Shown in pieces: positions 27,943 through 37,201 of a stretch of 64,000 nucleotides of DNA. The translations under genes and the position numbers were made by a program. This DNA comes from Desulfatiglandales bacterium. Lineage in GTDB: Bacteria > Desulfobacterota > DSM-4660 > Desulfatiglandales > HGW-15. Under the pieces are notes generated by a model. That model was not told where the DNA came from and ran no database searches. It worked only from the letters and a program-made list of their open reading frames with translations. The stretch spans positions 2,592,001 to 2,656,000 of the forward strand of contig CAXXJJ010000001.1 of NCBI GenBank assembly GCA_963667015.2. The letters are read 5' to 3'. Each line of letters starts with the position of its first letter. Within the stretch, counting starts at the first letter, position 1.

Positions 27943-30023
27943 AGGTTGTAACTAACGGTTGCGTAATAGGACAGTCCGGGCATGTAATACCCGTTGAAAT
28001 CCTCATGGCGGTTATTTCCAAGATTCTTGCCATCCAGCCTGAATTGGAAATTTTTCCATGACCACGCCACACCGATGTTAAAAATTTCTTTTTCCGGCCC
28101 TTTAAGGGTGCATGCGGTGTCATAATACATGCCGCTTTCATAGATATACTCTCCATAAACCTTCCCGCCCCACCGAAAGGCTTCTATCCGCCCGGTAAAG
28201 GCGCGTTCATAGCGTCCGGCAAGATCCTTGCCGTAGAATTCATCAGTTCTGTCAAGATTAGTGGTATCCTGCCAGGTCATATTGGCGTTCAACCGGAACA
28301 TGGAAAAAAAATCAACACTCAATTGGCACTCGATTCCTTCAATTTCGGCGCCTTCCACATTAACTGATTTTCCGACCCCCCGTGCATCGTAGGTGCGGGT
28401 TATCAACTGGTCCACATCGCTTTTGAACCAGGCCGCCTCCAGTGAAACCCTGTTGAGCCATGATGTACCGAATCCATGGCTGGCGATAAATCCGACATCC
28501 TGATTTACCCCTTCTTCCGCAACGAGATCCTCGTTTCCCATGAACAGGCCGCGGTCACCGAAAAGTTCGAAAAAACCTGGTTCGCGGGTATACCTGGCCA
28601 GGTTGGATTTGATGGTCAGCCAGTTGTAAACACGGTATTTCAAGCCTATCTGGGGACTGAAATAATCTTTATGGACCTCGGAGCCTTCGAGATGGATATT
28701 CCAGTAACTATCTCCGCTCTGCAATAAATTTTCCACGTAGTAATACCGCACGGCGGGCGTCAGGCTCAGCCTTTCCTCAAACCAGTACACCGTATCTTGA
28801 ACGCCGATGGTGTAGGTGTCCCTGTGGCTGTCAAGGGGATTGCTTTCGGTGTATAGCAGGTCTTCGGGTGAATATTCTTCGTGCCTCGCATCCATCATCA
28901 GGTTCAGGCAGTGACGTTTATATAGCCATTCCATAAAAATATGGCCTCCGTAACTTATAGTCAGATACTCGTTGTGCTGTTCACCCAGGCCGATTTCACC
29001 ATGCCGGTCGTCATAGGTTTCTTTTTTCCATGTATAGTCAAGATAGGCGTTCATTCTGAAAGGTCCCGGTCTGTCCAGGATGACTTTAAAAATGCTGCTG
29101 TTCCGCCGGGTGTCAAAGGAGGCGTTACCTTCCAGATTGACCCAACTGGCAATCTGCTGATCCTTTGAAAACCATTGATTGGAAAAGTCAAGATGCAGCT
29201 CATCGGTGAGATCGTATCCCACCTTGGTCAGTATATTCTCCTGATCGAATCCGTTGTTTTTTCGTTTTTCCCAGGTATCGTCATAGGGATTGAGTTCTGT
29301 GCCCCTATTATTCAAAATCCAGAAATCGTTATCGCTGTCCAGTAGGTCCGCGGAGAACAGGTAGTCCCACTTTCCGGGTTTGTTATTGATGAAAGCGCTG
29401 AGTTGCCGGGTATTGAAAAAACCATATCCTGCGGTGATTCGCCCCGTTGCTTCCCGTTTGGTCCGCAGTGTACGGATATTCACAACCCCGCCGATGGATG
29501 CCTTCCCGAAGTTCATGGGGGTGCTTCCCCTGTAAACCTCAATTGCTTCCACGTCCGACAGGGAGATATTGCTCAGATCGACACCGCCCATGGCAGCGTC
29601 GTTCAGCAGTATACCATCCAGAAAGACCATAACCTGATCGGAGGAGGCGCCGCGCAGGGATACCGTGGAAAAACTTCCCAGCCCCCCGGATTGCCTGATC
29701 TGAATACCGACCTCTTTTTGCAGCACCTCACCAAGACTTTCAATTTTGCCTTCAAACGTGTCCCGGGCTATAAACGTGTAAAACGATGGGGTTTCTTCGA
29801 TATCGACATCACCGGTCTGGAAGGTTTGATCTTTTTTATGCGCCGTTACGACGATCGTGGGAAGTGAATATTCGCTTTTGATTTGATCGGCATGGACACG
29901 TGGCGATGCAAGAAGAACAGCAATAAGAAGCGCTGACATGCAAAAGTAACCAGACCCTATCAAACTCAAAAATCTCATCATTTTAACGAGTACCCCAGTT
30001 TTTAATTTACATAAAAACGGCAC
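27939..30023 (-). CDS. TonB-dependent receptor (BtuB-like)
   Basis: LPTIVVTA, SGGLGSFSTVSLRGASSDQVMVFLDG, VEAIEVYRG...IGGVVNI, KNLGN...PGLSYYATVSYNL; behind a B12 riboswitch. Confidence 0.9.
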   Translation of the reverse strand: MPFLCKLKTGVLVKMMRFLSLIGSGYFCMSALLIAVLLASPRVHADQIKSEYSLPTIVVTAHKKDQTFQTGDVDIEETPSFYTFIARDTFEGKIESLGEVLQKEVGIQIRQSGGLGSFSTVSLRGASSDQVMVFLDGILLNDAAMGGVDLSNISLSDVEAIEVYRGSTPMNFGKASIGGVVNIRTLRTKREATGRITAGYGFFNTRQLSAFINNKPGKWDYLFSADLLDSDNDFWILNNRGTELNPYDDTWEKRKNNGFDQENILTKVGYDLTDELHLDFSNQWFSKDQQIASWVNLEGNASFDTRRNSSIFKVILDRPGPFRMNAYLDYTWKKETYDDRHGEIGLGEQHNEYLTISYGGHIFMEWLYKRHCLNLMMDARHEEYSPEDLLYTESNPLDSHRDTYTIGVQDTVYWFEERLSLTPAVRYYYVENLLQSGDSYWNIHLEGSEVHKDYFSPQIGLKYRVYNWLTIKSNLARYTREPGFFELFGDRGLFMGNEDLVAEEGVNQDVGFIASHGFGTSWLNRVSLEAAWFKSDVDQLITRTYDARGVGKSVNVEGAEIEGIECQLSVDFFSMFRLNANMTWQDTTNLDRTDEFYGKDLAGRYERAFTGRIEAFRWGGKVYGEYIYESGMYYDTACTLKGPEKEIFNIGVAWSWKNFQFRLDGKNLGNNRHEDFNGYYMPGLSYYATVSYNL

Positions 30024-30207
30024 CCCCCATATGCCGATTCACCACACGACGAAAGAACAATAAGCCTAATGCATTAAATAAATGATTGCTGTACCTCTTT
30101 TTAAATAAAAAAACCCGGACCGATAATAAAAATCGATCCGGGTATCCCTTTTTTACACAAGATCATTATGGTATATTCCCTTGTCCACGAGGAATATGCT
30201 TTTATCA

Positions 30208-30370
30208 TTCAGGCAGGTCTTCTGACTTATGGATCATCCTACTAACCGAGTCTTCCCATTCCGATTAATCGGAACAGTGACATGTTTCGGTTTTCGTCCC
30301 CAATTACAGCGGCGGGCCCGTCCCCGAATTAAACGGGGTTCCCTTTTAGCTCTTTTTATGAGCACCTGAA
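30208..30370 (-). promoter_or_regulatory. Cobalamin riboswitch, near-identical to the 9.3-10.1 kb copies
   Basis: Full consensus; terminator at ~30105-30143; TTGACA at 30402-30407 (minus). Confidence 0.95.
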
Positions 30371-30594
30371 CGGATAATAACAATATAAAAACAGATAGAA
30401 ATGTCAAGAAAAATTATTTATATGTTTTATCCCTGTTACTTAACAGTGTGAATGTAATTATATATTCGGATATCAGTTTATTTATCAGGCATTATATTTT
30501 ATATTGACATGAAAAATGAATTTATCTATATCCCTTAAATATTAAGGGGAGATGAACTTCCCTGATTGTTATTGGATGATTTTAATTAAAATAG

Positions 30595-30780
30595 AATGAG
30601 GAAGCCGGGTGAAAATCCCGCACTGGCCCGCAACTGTGATTCCGATGTTATGAACATCAGATAAGTCAGATACTCATGTAGCTTAATATCCTCGGGGACC
30701 GGGATAGGTTATAGTATATAGTTATTAAAAAATGATTAGTGCTATAATTAAAGACACGCCCGTGGCGTGTCTTTTTTTTT
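30595..30780 (+). promoter_or_regulatory. Short (class II-like) cobalamin riboswitch with terminator
   Basis: ATGAGGAAGCCGGGTGAAAATCCCGCACTGGCCCGCAACTGTGA...AAGTCAGATACTCAT; terminator AAGACACGCC-cgt-GGCGTGTCTT-T run; TTGACA at 30504. Confidence 0.82.
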
Positions 30781-30807
30781 GCGGAAAGAACTAAACATGG
30801 TTATACA

Positions 30808-31362
30808 ATGCGACTCGATTATCTTGAAATAAAATCAACATGGCGCGAGGTGGCGGATGCTGCCCGGACAACAGTGGGTATGGAAAAAGGCAGGGGAGAA
30901 CCAGGGCAAAAATGGCGACACCAGATGCTGCTTTCGGAACATTCTCCAATACGTCAGTTGATAGTGAAATGGAAATGGGTTGATCTGCAGTACTGGGTAA
31001 GCGTACATTTTGTAAGGCATAAAATAGGTATTGAACATTTTGTGAGCACACAGAGAAGCGACCGGACTGGGATTAACAGGGATGAACTGTCCCAGTCGCA
31101 ACTGGTTTCACATGAGTGTATAGCAAATGCTCAGGCCATAATAAATATCTCACGAAAGCGGTTATGCACCCAGGCTTCCCGGGAAACAGGCAAGGTCTGG
31201 AATGCATTATTGGTTGAGATTAAAAAAGAAATGCCCGAACTGAATGATGCCTGTGTTCCCGAATGTATATATCGTGGATTTTGCCCGGAGATGAAATCAT
31301 GCGGCTACTGCAATTCGGATGAATATAAAGAAAAGCTGTGGAACTACAGGGGCACGAACTGA
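30808..31362 (+). CDS. Divergent ThyX-like (FAD-dependent thymidylate synthase fold) protein
   Basis: AARTT, EHSPIR, VHFVRHKIGIEHFVSTQR (variant of RHRx7SxR), KRLC..AS.E, PECIYRGFCPE. Confidence 0.7.
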   Translation: MRLDYLEIKSTWREVADAARTTVGMEKGRGEPGQKWRHQMLLSEHSPIRQLIVKWKWVDLQYWVSVHFVRHKIGIEHFVSTQRSDRTGINRDELSQSQLVSHECIANAQAIINISRKRLCTQASRETGKVWNALLVEIKKEMPELNDACVPECIYRGFCPEMKSCGYCNSDEYKEKLWNYRGTN

Positions 31363-31394
31363 GAGCTGAAATCCTGTATTCAAAGGAGATTAAT

Positions 31395-32279
31395 ATGAAA
31401 TCGATTCTTTCAGAACTTAATAAAGGAAATATACTGGTCTCGGACGGGGCATGGGGTACAGAGCTTCATAAACATGGGCTGAAACCCGGAGAGTGTCCCG
31501 AATACTGGAATTTAACTCACTTTTCTGAAGTACTTGATGTTGCTAAAGGATACATAGATGCAGGTGCTGATATAATATTAACCAACAGCTTTGGTGCCAG
31601 TCCGATTAAACTAGCTCATTACAGGCTGGAGTCCTTAACCGTTGATTTGAATAAAATCGCGGCAAGAATTTCGAGAGAAGCTGCCGGAAATAATAATTTT
31701 GTCATGGGCTCAATAGGTCCCACAGGAGTAATGCTGGCTGCAGGTGATGTCTCGGAAAAAGAAATATATGACGGATTCTGCTTGCAGACAAAGGCCCTGG
31801 CTAAAGGCGGAGCAGACGCACTATGTATTGAAACAATGGTTGATCCTGTTGAAGCCGGCCTTGCCATAAAGGCTGCCCGGGAAACAACAGATTGTGAAAT
31901 TGCCTGCACATTCACATTCGGAAAATCACCATCAGGAAAATACCACACAATGATGGGTCTATCCATTGATGAAGCAATGAAAACAGCCATTGAGGCAGGT
32001 GCGGATATAATTGGTACAAATTGCGGAAATGGCATAGATGGAATGATAGATATTGTCAGCGAGATAAGGAAGATTGATAAAAGAACTCCTGTGCTTGTGC
32101 AGGCTAATGCCGGTCTCCCGGTGTTTAAAAACGGACAGACAGTTTTTAAGGAGACTCCGGAACAGATGGCTGAAAAAGCTGCTGCGCTTATAGCTGCTGG
32201 CGCAAATATTATTGGAGGATGTTGCGGAACAACCCCTGATCATATCAGGGAGATAGTAAAGGCAGTTAATATTCATTAA
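31395..32279 (+). CDS. Homocysteine S-methyltransferase family protein (stand-alone MetH Hcy-binding module)
   Basis: SDGAWGTEL, AGADIILTNSFGA, GSIGPTG, GTNC, ANAGLP, IGGCCGTTPDHI; RBS AAGGAG before ATG 31395. Confidence 0.92.
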   Translation: MKSILSELNKGNILVSDGAWGTELHKHGLKPGECPEYWNLTHFSEVLDVAKGYIDAGADIILTNSFGASPIKLAHYRLESLTVDLNKIAARISREAAGNNNFVMGSIGPTGVMLAAGDVSEKEIYDGFCLQTKALAKGGADALCIETMVDPVEAGLAIKAARETTDCEIACTFTFGKSPSGKYHTMMGLSIDEAMKTAIEAGADIIGTNCGNGIDGMIDIVSEIRKIDKRTPVLVQANAGLPVFKNGQTVFKETPEQMAEKAAALIAAGANIIGGCCGTTPDHIREIVKAVNIH

Positions 32280-32301
32280 ATAAAAATATTGAAATATTAG
32301 T

Positions 32302-32483
32302 TTTTCAGGCGCTTGTAAAAGAGCTTAATCGGGAATCCTGTGAAAATCAGGAACGGGCCCGCCGCTGTAATCCTGCCCTTTTTTAAAAGGGAACCCTTTC
32401 AGCAAATGGGTACCACTGTTCTTTTAATCAAAGAATGGGAAGGTAGCTGAAGGGGCGGGGAAGTCAGAAGACCTGCCTGAAAA
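32302..32483 (+). promoter_or_regulatory. Cobalamin riboswitch
   Basis: AATCGGGAATCCTGTGAAAATCAGG..CCCGCCGCTGTAA...CCACTG...TGGGAAGG...AAGTCAGAAGACCTGCC; terminator AATCCCG..CGGGATT-TTTT at ~32549-32590. Confidence 0.95.
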
Positions 32484-32748
32484 TGATAAAAGGTAAAAGC
32501 CGCGTGGACCACGGCAGGCCTTGACGATAAAACAGGATAGTTTTGGGAAATCCCGTGCCGTTTAATACAGGTTCGGGATTTTTTATTTTTGGGGCTGACA
32601 ATTTTATGCTCATGTCGAGGATAAATGCCTGTCTGCGTGAGAAAGATATTAAGACTTTTTATCCAGGACCATAGGTTTATGGATGAATTCTGTTTGATCA
32701 ATCAGGTCAAACATACAATTAATTAAATATTAAAAGGAGTATTTTAAA

Positions 32749-34287
32749 ATGATTATAAAAGCATCAGATGTAAAACTCAATGTTCGACCGGTCTGTCTTG
32801 GTGTAGAGCATCTTTATTATTATGAGGGACCTTGCAGGTTTGGTAAAGGCGAGGTGCTGGAGCCGGGTTATGACCGTCTGGCAAACGAACAGCTGCACCA
32901 GGCCTTTCTCTCCAGTTTAAAAGAATGCGCATCAGAAGGTATTAGCCTTCTTCCTCCATTACGAGCAGGACGTACTGACGACTGGGAAAATAAGGAAGAG
33001 ATGTGGAATGCCTTAACAGAAGGAATGCAGGATACTGATCTATATGTATTTTTTGCAAATATAGCAGTGGACGATATTGTCGTAGAGTTTGCAAGCCGGT
33101 TTGGCAAGCCACTGATGATTTCACCGACTTCAAATTTTTCCGTAACAACTGACGTGGCTGCTATTCGTGCAAAGATGCCGGATTACCCTGTTTATGCGGA
33201 ATGTACCTGGAAGGGGGTATCAATGATAATGGATGCACTGCGTGCAAAAAAAGTCCTTGCCTGTACACGTATCCTGCTCGCCACCCGATTCGGTTCTACC
33301 ACATCTTACAGCAGCGTGGATTCCTTTAACTCCTATGATGCCATTACAGCAAGATTTGGAACACGTTTTCGCTTCATCAACATACATGAATTAATCGACC
33401 AGATGTCTCCTGCCTTACCGGAGGGCAACCCCACAACTCCGGGGCGTAAAACCCCTGATCTGACAGATGATGACATGAAAGAGGTAAATCGCCTGGCTGA
33501 TGAAATGTTGGGAGGCGCAAAGGATGTGGATGTCTCCCGTGAACATCTTGTGAAGACCCTTATCCCCTATGTGACTGTAAAAAAGAATCTGGATCTCAAG
33601 GATTGTAACGGCTTTTCAGTGCCATGTCCTGATGTCTGCTCTACACGCAGGCATGATAAAGAACAGTTTACTTTCTGTCTGACACACTCTCTTCTGATGG
33701 AAGAAGGTATCCCTTCGGCCTGTGAGTTCGATGTTAACAGTGTTCTTTCACAGCAGACACTGATTGCAGTATCCGGCAAATCTCCCTATATGGGCAATAC
33801 TAGCCCGATGCCCTTTGTTGATGGCAAGTTTATGGAAATGTGGGGGCCCACAGAAGAAAATAGAAAAGTTCTTGCAGAACATAAGGACCGGGACAATATT
33901 TACTTTATGCAGCATTCTGTTCCAAACCGAAGTCTGCGGGACCCTGAAAAAAAAGGAGAATACGGGGTTCGACACTTCGCCTATGATAAAAAATTCTCAG
34001 CAGTCCTGAGGTATGATTTTAATCAGGACATAGGTCAGACCATAACTTTATGCAGGTATTCGCCTGACGGAAGCAAACTTATGATAGGTAAAGGTACCAT
34101 AGTTGGCGGCGGCGGTTATGAATTAAACAACTGTAATACCCATGTTCTGTTCAGTGTAGCGGATCAGGAGAAATTTTTTAAAAAGCAGTCTCTGGTTGGT
34201 AATCACATGGCAATGGTATATGGCGATTATACCAAAGAATTGGAGAGACTTGGAGAAATACTGGGTCTTGAAATCCTGAAGGCCTAG
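32749..34287 (+). CDS. L-fucose/L-arabinose isomerase-like protein
   Basis: GIPSACEFDV, QHSVP, GNHMAMVYGDY...LGLE C-terminus typical of the FucI-like family. Confidence 0.65.
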   Translation: MIIKASDVKLNVRPVCLGVEHLYYYEGPCRFGKGEVLEPGYDRLANEQLHQAFLSSLKECASEGISLLPPLRAGRTDDWENKEEMWNALTEGMQDTDLYVFFANIAVDDIVVEFASRFGKPLMISPTSNFSVTTDVAAIRAKMPDYPVYAECTWKGVSMIMDALRAKKVLACTRILLATRFGSTTSYSSVDSFNSYDAITARFGTRFRFINIHELIDQMSPALPEGNPTTPGRKTPDLTDDDMKEVNRLADEMLGGAKDVDVSREHLVKTLIPYVTVKKNLDLKDCNGFSVPCPDVCSTRRHDKEQFTFCLTHSLLMEEGIPSACEFDVNSVLSQQTLIAVSGKSPYMGNTSPMPFVDGKFMEMWGPTEENRKVLAEHKDRDNIYFMQHSVPNRSLRDPEKKGEYGVRHFAYDKKFSAVLRYDFNQDIGQTITLCRYSPDGSKLMIGKGTIVGGGGYELNNCNTHVLFSVADQEKFFKKQSLVGNHMAMVYGDYTKELERLGEILGLEILKA

Positions 34288-34302
34288 CCGAAAAAGGAAA
34301 TT

Positions 34303-34746
34303 GTGATGGAACAAAAAGAACGTATAAGGGAAATGCTTCTCGAAGCACAGAAGAAGGCTGCTGAGCATGTACTGCTTATTAAAGAACGGGTACCTCTGAG
34401 CAAAGAATATTTACACAGGTCGCTTCGGGATTATATCCTGTGCAAGTTTATGCTGGAGGAGGAAGAATGTACCAGCGATAACCTGGATGAGATTACAGAA
34501 ATCAGCCTGGCAAAAAGCGCAGGCATATCAAAGGAACTGGTCAAGGACCTTGATATTGCAAAGACATGCAGTGGCGGCAGTTCAGCCATGACTAAAAAGG
34601 TGCTGCTTTTGCTGGCTATCCAGAAGGATTTTGCTGTGTATCTTCCTACCGAAGGAACCGGTAATGTCAGAACACTACCGGATTTATCAGAACTTGTATG
34701 GGATGCGATGAGTGAAAAGGAATCCTGGAAAAACGTTCTTGAGTAA
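34303..34746 (+). CDS. Hypothetical protein with an acyl-carrier-protein-like C-terminus
   Basis: SSAMTKKVLLLLAIQKDFAVYLP.E....RTLPDLSELV resembles ACP helices II-IV. Confidence 0.4.
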   Translation: MMEQKERIREMLLEAQKKAAEHVLLIKERVPLSKEYLHRSLRDYILCKFMLEEEECTSDNLDEITEISLAKSAGISKELVKDLDIAKTCSGGSSAMTKKVLLLLAIQKDFAVYLPTEGTGNVRTLPDLSELVWDAMSEKESWKNVLE

Positions 34747-34784
34747 TAATTGAAGCTCATCCGGAAAGAGAAAAACCGGACTGG

Positions 34785-34856
34785 GCTTTCAGCGTTCAGC
34801 TATCAGCCATCAGCTAAAAATATGTTGTAAAAGCTGAACGGTGATGGCTGAACGCT
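34785..34856. repeat. Heptamer (GCTGAnn/nnTCAGC) palindromic repeat
   Basis: TTCAGC GTTCAGC TATCAGC CATCAGC ... GCTGAACG GTGATG GCTGAACGCT. Confidence 0.55.
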
Positions 34857-34897
34857 TCTATCAAATGAAAATAGCTTTTTGGGTGCATTTTATTAAA

Positions 34898-36127
34898 ATG
34901 ATTAAAAATATAGAAAAGATACGTTCGGATTTTCCAATCCTGCGGAAAGAAATACATGGAAAACAGCTAATATACCTTGATAACGCAGCTACCACACAAA
35001 TTCCCCTGCAGGTTCTGGAGACCACAGAGGCTCATTACTGGAATCATAACGCCAATATTCACAGGGGGATACATTTTTTAAGTGAATCATCAACCTACAG
35101 GATCGAGCATGCAAGATATGTAATAAAGGAGTTTATAGGCGCTAGGGATACAAGGGAAGTTATCTTCACAAGCGGTACGACACAGTCCATAAATATTGTT
35201 GCGGGCAGTTACCGTGAAACACTTTGTACCGGTGATGAAGTGATTGTGACCGAAATGGAACATCACTCAAACCTCTGCCCCTGGCAGAACGCGTGCAAAC
35301 GATCCGGTGCTACTTTGAAGATTATTCCTGTTGATGACAGCGGAAATCTTAAGATGGACGTGTACAAATCCCTGTTGTCCGAACGTACCAGGCTGGTGGC
35401 GGTAACATACTGCTCAAATGTCCTGGGGACAGTAAATCCTGTGCCGGAGATTATTCGACTTGCACATGAAAAGGGCGCCAGGGTGCTAATTGACGGGGCA
35501 CAGGTAATGCGTCACATCAATATGGATGTAAAAGATCTGGACTGTGATTATCTCTGTTTTTCGGGACATAAAATCATGGGACCATACGGCACCGGCGTAT
35601 TATATGGAAAGCGTGAAGCCCTTGAGCAGTTGCAGCCTGTAAACTATGGCGGCGGCATGATAGATACTGTTACAGACAAAGAAACAGTTGCCGGAGAATT
35701 GCCCTTTAAGCTTGAGGCCGGAACCATAAATATTTCTGCCATAATAGGGCTTGAGTCAGCTATTCAATATCTGAAAGAGTTAGGTATTGATAAGGTGGCC
35801 AGTTATGAAAATAGACTTTTAGCATATGCGGAAGTCATGCTCCGCGAGATACATGGTGTGCATGTTCTGGGTTCTCCATCCGAAAGGGCAGGGGTCCTGA
35901 GCTTTGAGCTGGATGAATTTCATTATTATGATACTGCCGCGATGCTGGATAAACTTGGTATAGCCGTCAGGTCCGGGAACCTCTGCGCCCAGCCCCTGAT
36001 GTCCAGGTTCGGCCTGTCCGGTGTAGTGCGAATGTCGCCTGCCTTTTATAACACGGAAGGCGAAATAGAAAGCTTTGTGAACGGAATTGAAAGGATTATA
36101 TCAATTAGCGCGAGGAAGATAGCATGA
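34898..36127 (+). CDS. sufS: Cysteine desulfurase, SufS/CsdA type
   Basis: IRSDFPIL, YLDNAATTQ, MEHHSN, FSGHKIMGP (PLP Lys), LEAGT, VRSGNLCAQP. Confidence 0.9.
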   Translation: MIKNIEKIRSDFPILRKEIHGKQLIYLDNAATTQIPLQVLETTEAHYWNHNANIHRGIHFLSESSTYRIEHARYVIKEFIGARDTREVIFTSGTTQSINIVAGSYRETLCTGDEVIVTEMEHHSNLCPWQNACKRSGATLKIIPVDDSGNLKMDVYKSLLSERTRLVAVTYCSNVLGTVNPVPEIIRLAHEKGARVLIDGAQVMRHINMDVKDLDCDYLCFSGHKIMGPYGTGVLYGKREALEQLQPVNYGGGMIDTVTDKETVAGELPFKLEAGTINISAIIGLESAIQYLKELGIDKVASYENRLLAYAEVMLREIHGVHVLGSPSERAGVLSFELDEFHYYDTAAMLDKLGIAVRSGNLCAQPLMSRFGLSGVVRMSPAFYNTEGEIESFVNGIERIISISARKIA

Positions 36128-36573
36128 AAGGCATAAAGGAAAAGCAGGATGAAATAGTTGCTGATTTTGAAGCTATGGACGACGATTTTCTTAAATACTT
36201 ATACCTTGTTGAACTTTCGACCATGCTGCAATCTATGGATGAGTCATTAAAAAACGATTCAAATCTGGTAAAGGGATGCCAGTCCAGTGTATGGATCGAT
36301 ATTAAAATTTCGGAAGGGCGCATATATTTTGATGCTGACAGCGATACCATGATTGTAAAAGGTGTTTTGTACCTGCTAAAAGAAGTATTGTCCGGACAGG
36401 ATATAAAGGATGTTTCAGAGACAGATATAGATTTTCTTCAGCGGGCGAATATCATGGCTACCTTTGGAAGTGACAGGCAAAAGGGTATAGGTTTTGTGAT
36501 AGGGACGCTTAAGGATAAAACCCGTTCTTTTGCATTAAAAAACACTGAATTTGTTGGCAACATTAAAGCTTAA
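36124..36573 (+). CDS. sufE: SufE-family sulfur acceptor
   Basis: VKGCQSSVW, ADSDTMIVKG, R..G. Confidence 0.9.
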   Translation: MKGIKEKQDEIVADFEAMDDDFLKYLYLVELSTMLQSMDESLKNDSNLVKGCQSSVWIDIKISEGRIYFDADSDTMIVKGVLYLLKEVLSGQDIKDVSETDIDFLQRANIMATFGSDRQKGIGFVIGTLKDKTRSFALKNTEFVGNIKA

Positions 36574-36716
36574 AAACGGAAAGGTTAAGACCGGGCTTTT
36601 ACCCATGAAATTCCGGGGGAATATGAAGCTGTTGAACGAGGCACATAATAAAGACTATACCGGTGTGTACAAAGGGTAATAAAAGTTATTCTGTATATGA
36701 AATAAGGAGGATTAAA

Positions 36717-36974
36717 ATGGCGATATCAGGATTAGAGATATTTAAAATTCTTCCAAAAACCAATTGCGGGGAGTGTGGGCAATCTACATGTCTTGCCTTT
36801 GCCATGAATCTTTCTGCCGGCAAAACATATGTTTCAGCATGTCCCTATGTTTCTGAAGAGGCAAAGAGTGCGCTTGCTGAATCAGCGCGCCCTCCCATAA
36901 AAACCGTTACAATCGGCGCGGGGGATTATGCTGTTAATATTGGGGGAGAAAGAAGTCTTTTTCGGCTCTTATAA
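36717..36974 (+). pseudogene. acsC: Truncated AcsC/CdhE (corrinoid Fe-S protein gamma subunit), N-terminal Fe-S domain only
   Basis: MAISGLEIFKILPKTNCGECGQSTCLAFA...CPYVS...PPIKTVTIG...IGGE..LFR, then a stop at 85 aa. Confidence 0.75.
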
Positions 36975-37007
36975 AAGGCTTTTTGACCAGGTTTGCATCA
37001 CATTAAC

Positions 37008-37171
37008 TAGTGCCCATCCAAAAACTGTCGTTTTTGAATAGCCGCGGTCAGCTGTCAGCGTTCAGCTTTTGGCTAAATGCTTTTAAAGCAGAGCTTTAGC
37101 TGACAGCTGACAGCTGATAGCTGAATGCTGAAAGCTCCATCCGGATTTTTGTTATTTCTGGATGGACACTA
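37008..37171. mobile_element. MITE-like element
   Basis: Terminal IRs TAGTGCCCATCCA / TGGATGGACACTA (12/13 match); internal GCTGACA GCTGACA GCTGATA GCTGAAT GCTGAAA heptamers. Confidence 0.7.
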
Positions 37172-37201
37172 ACTATAAAAGTATCATTATAGGAGGGAAG
37201 T

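Noticed and set aside
30086..30268. Small ORF overlapping a riboswitch (also 32399-32701)
   Set aside because: Antisense to a clear RNA element, with no protein features
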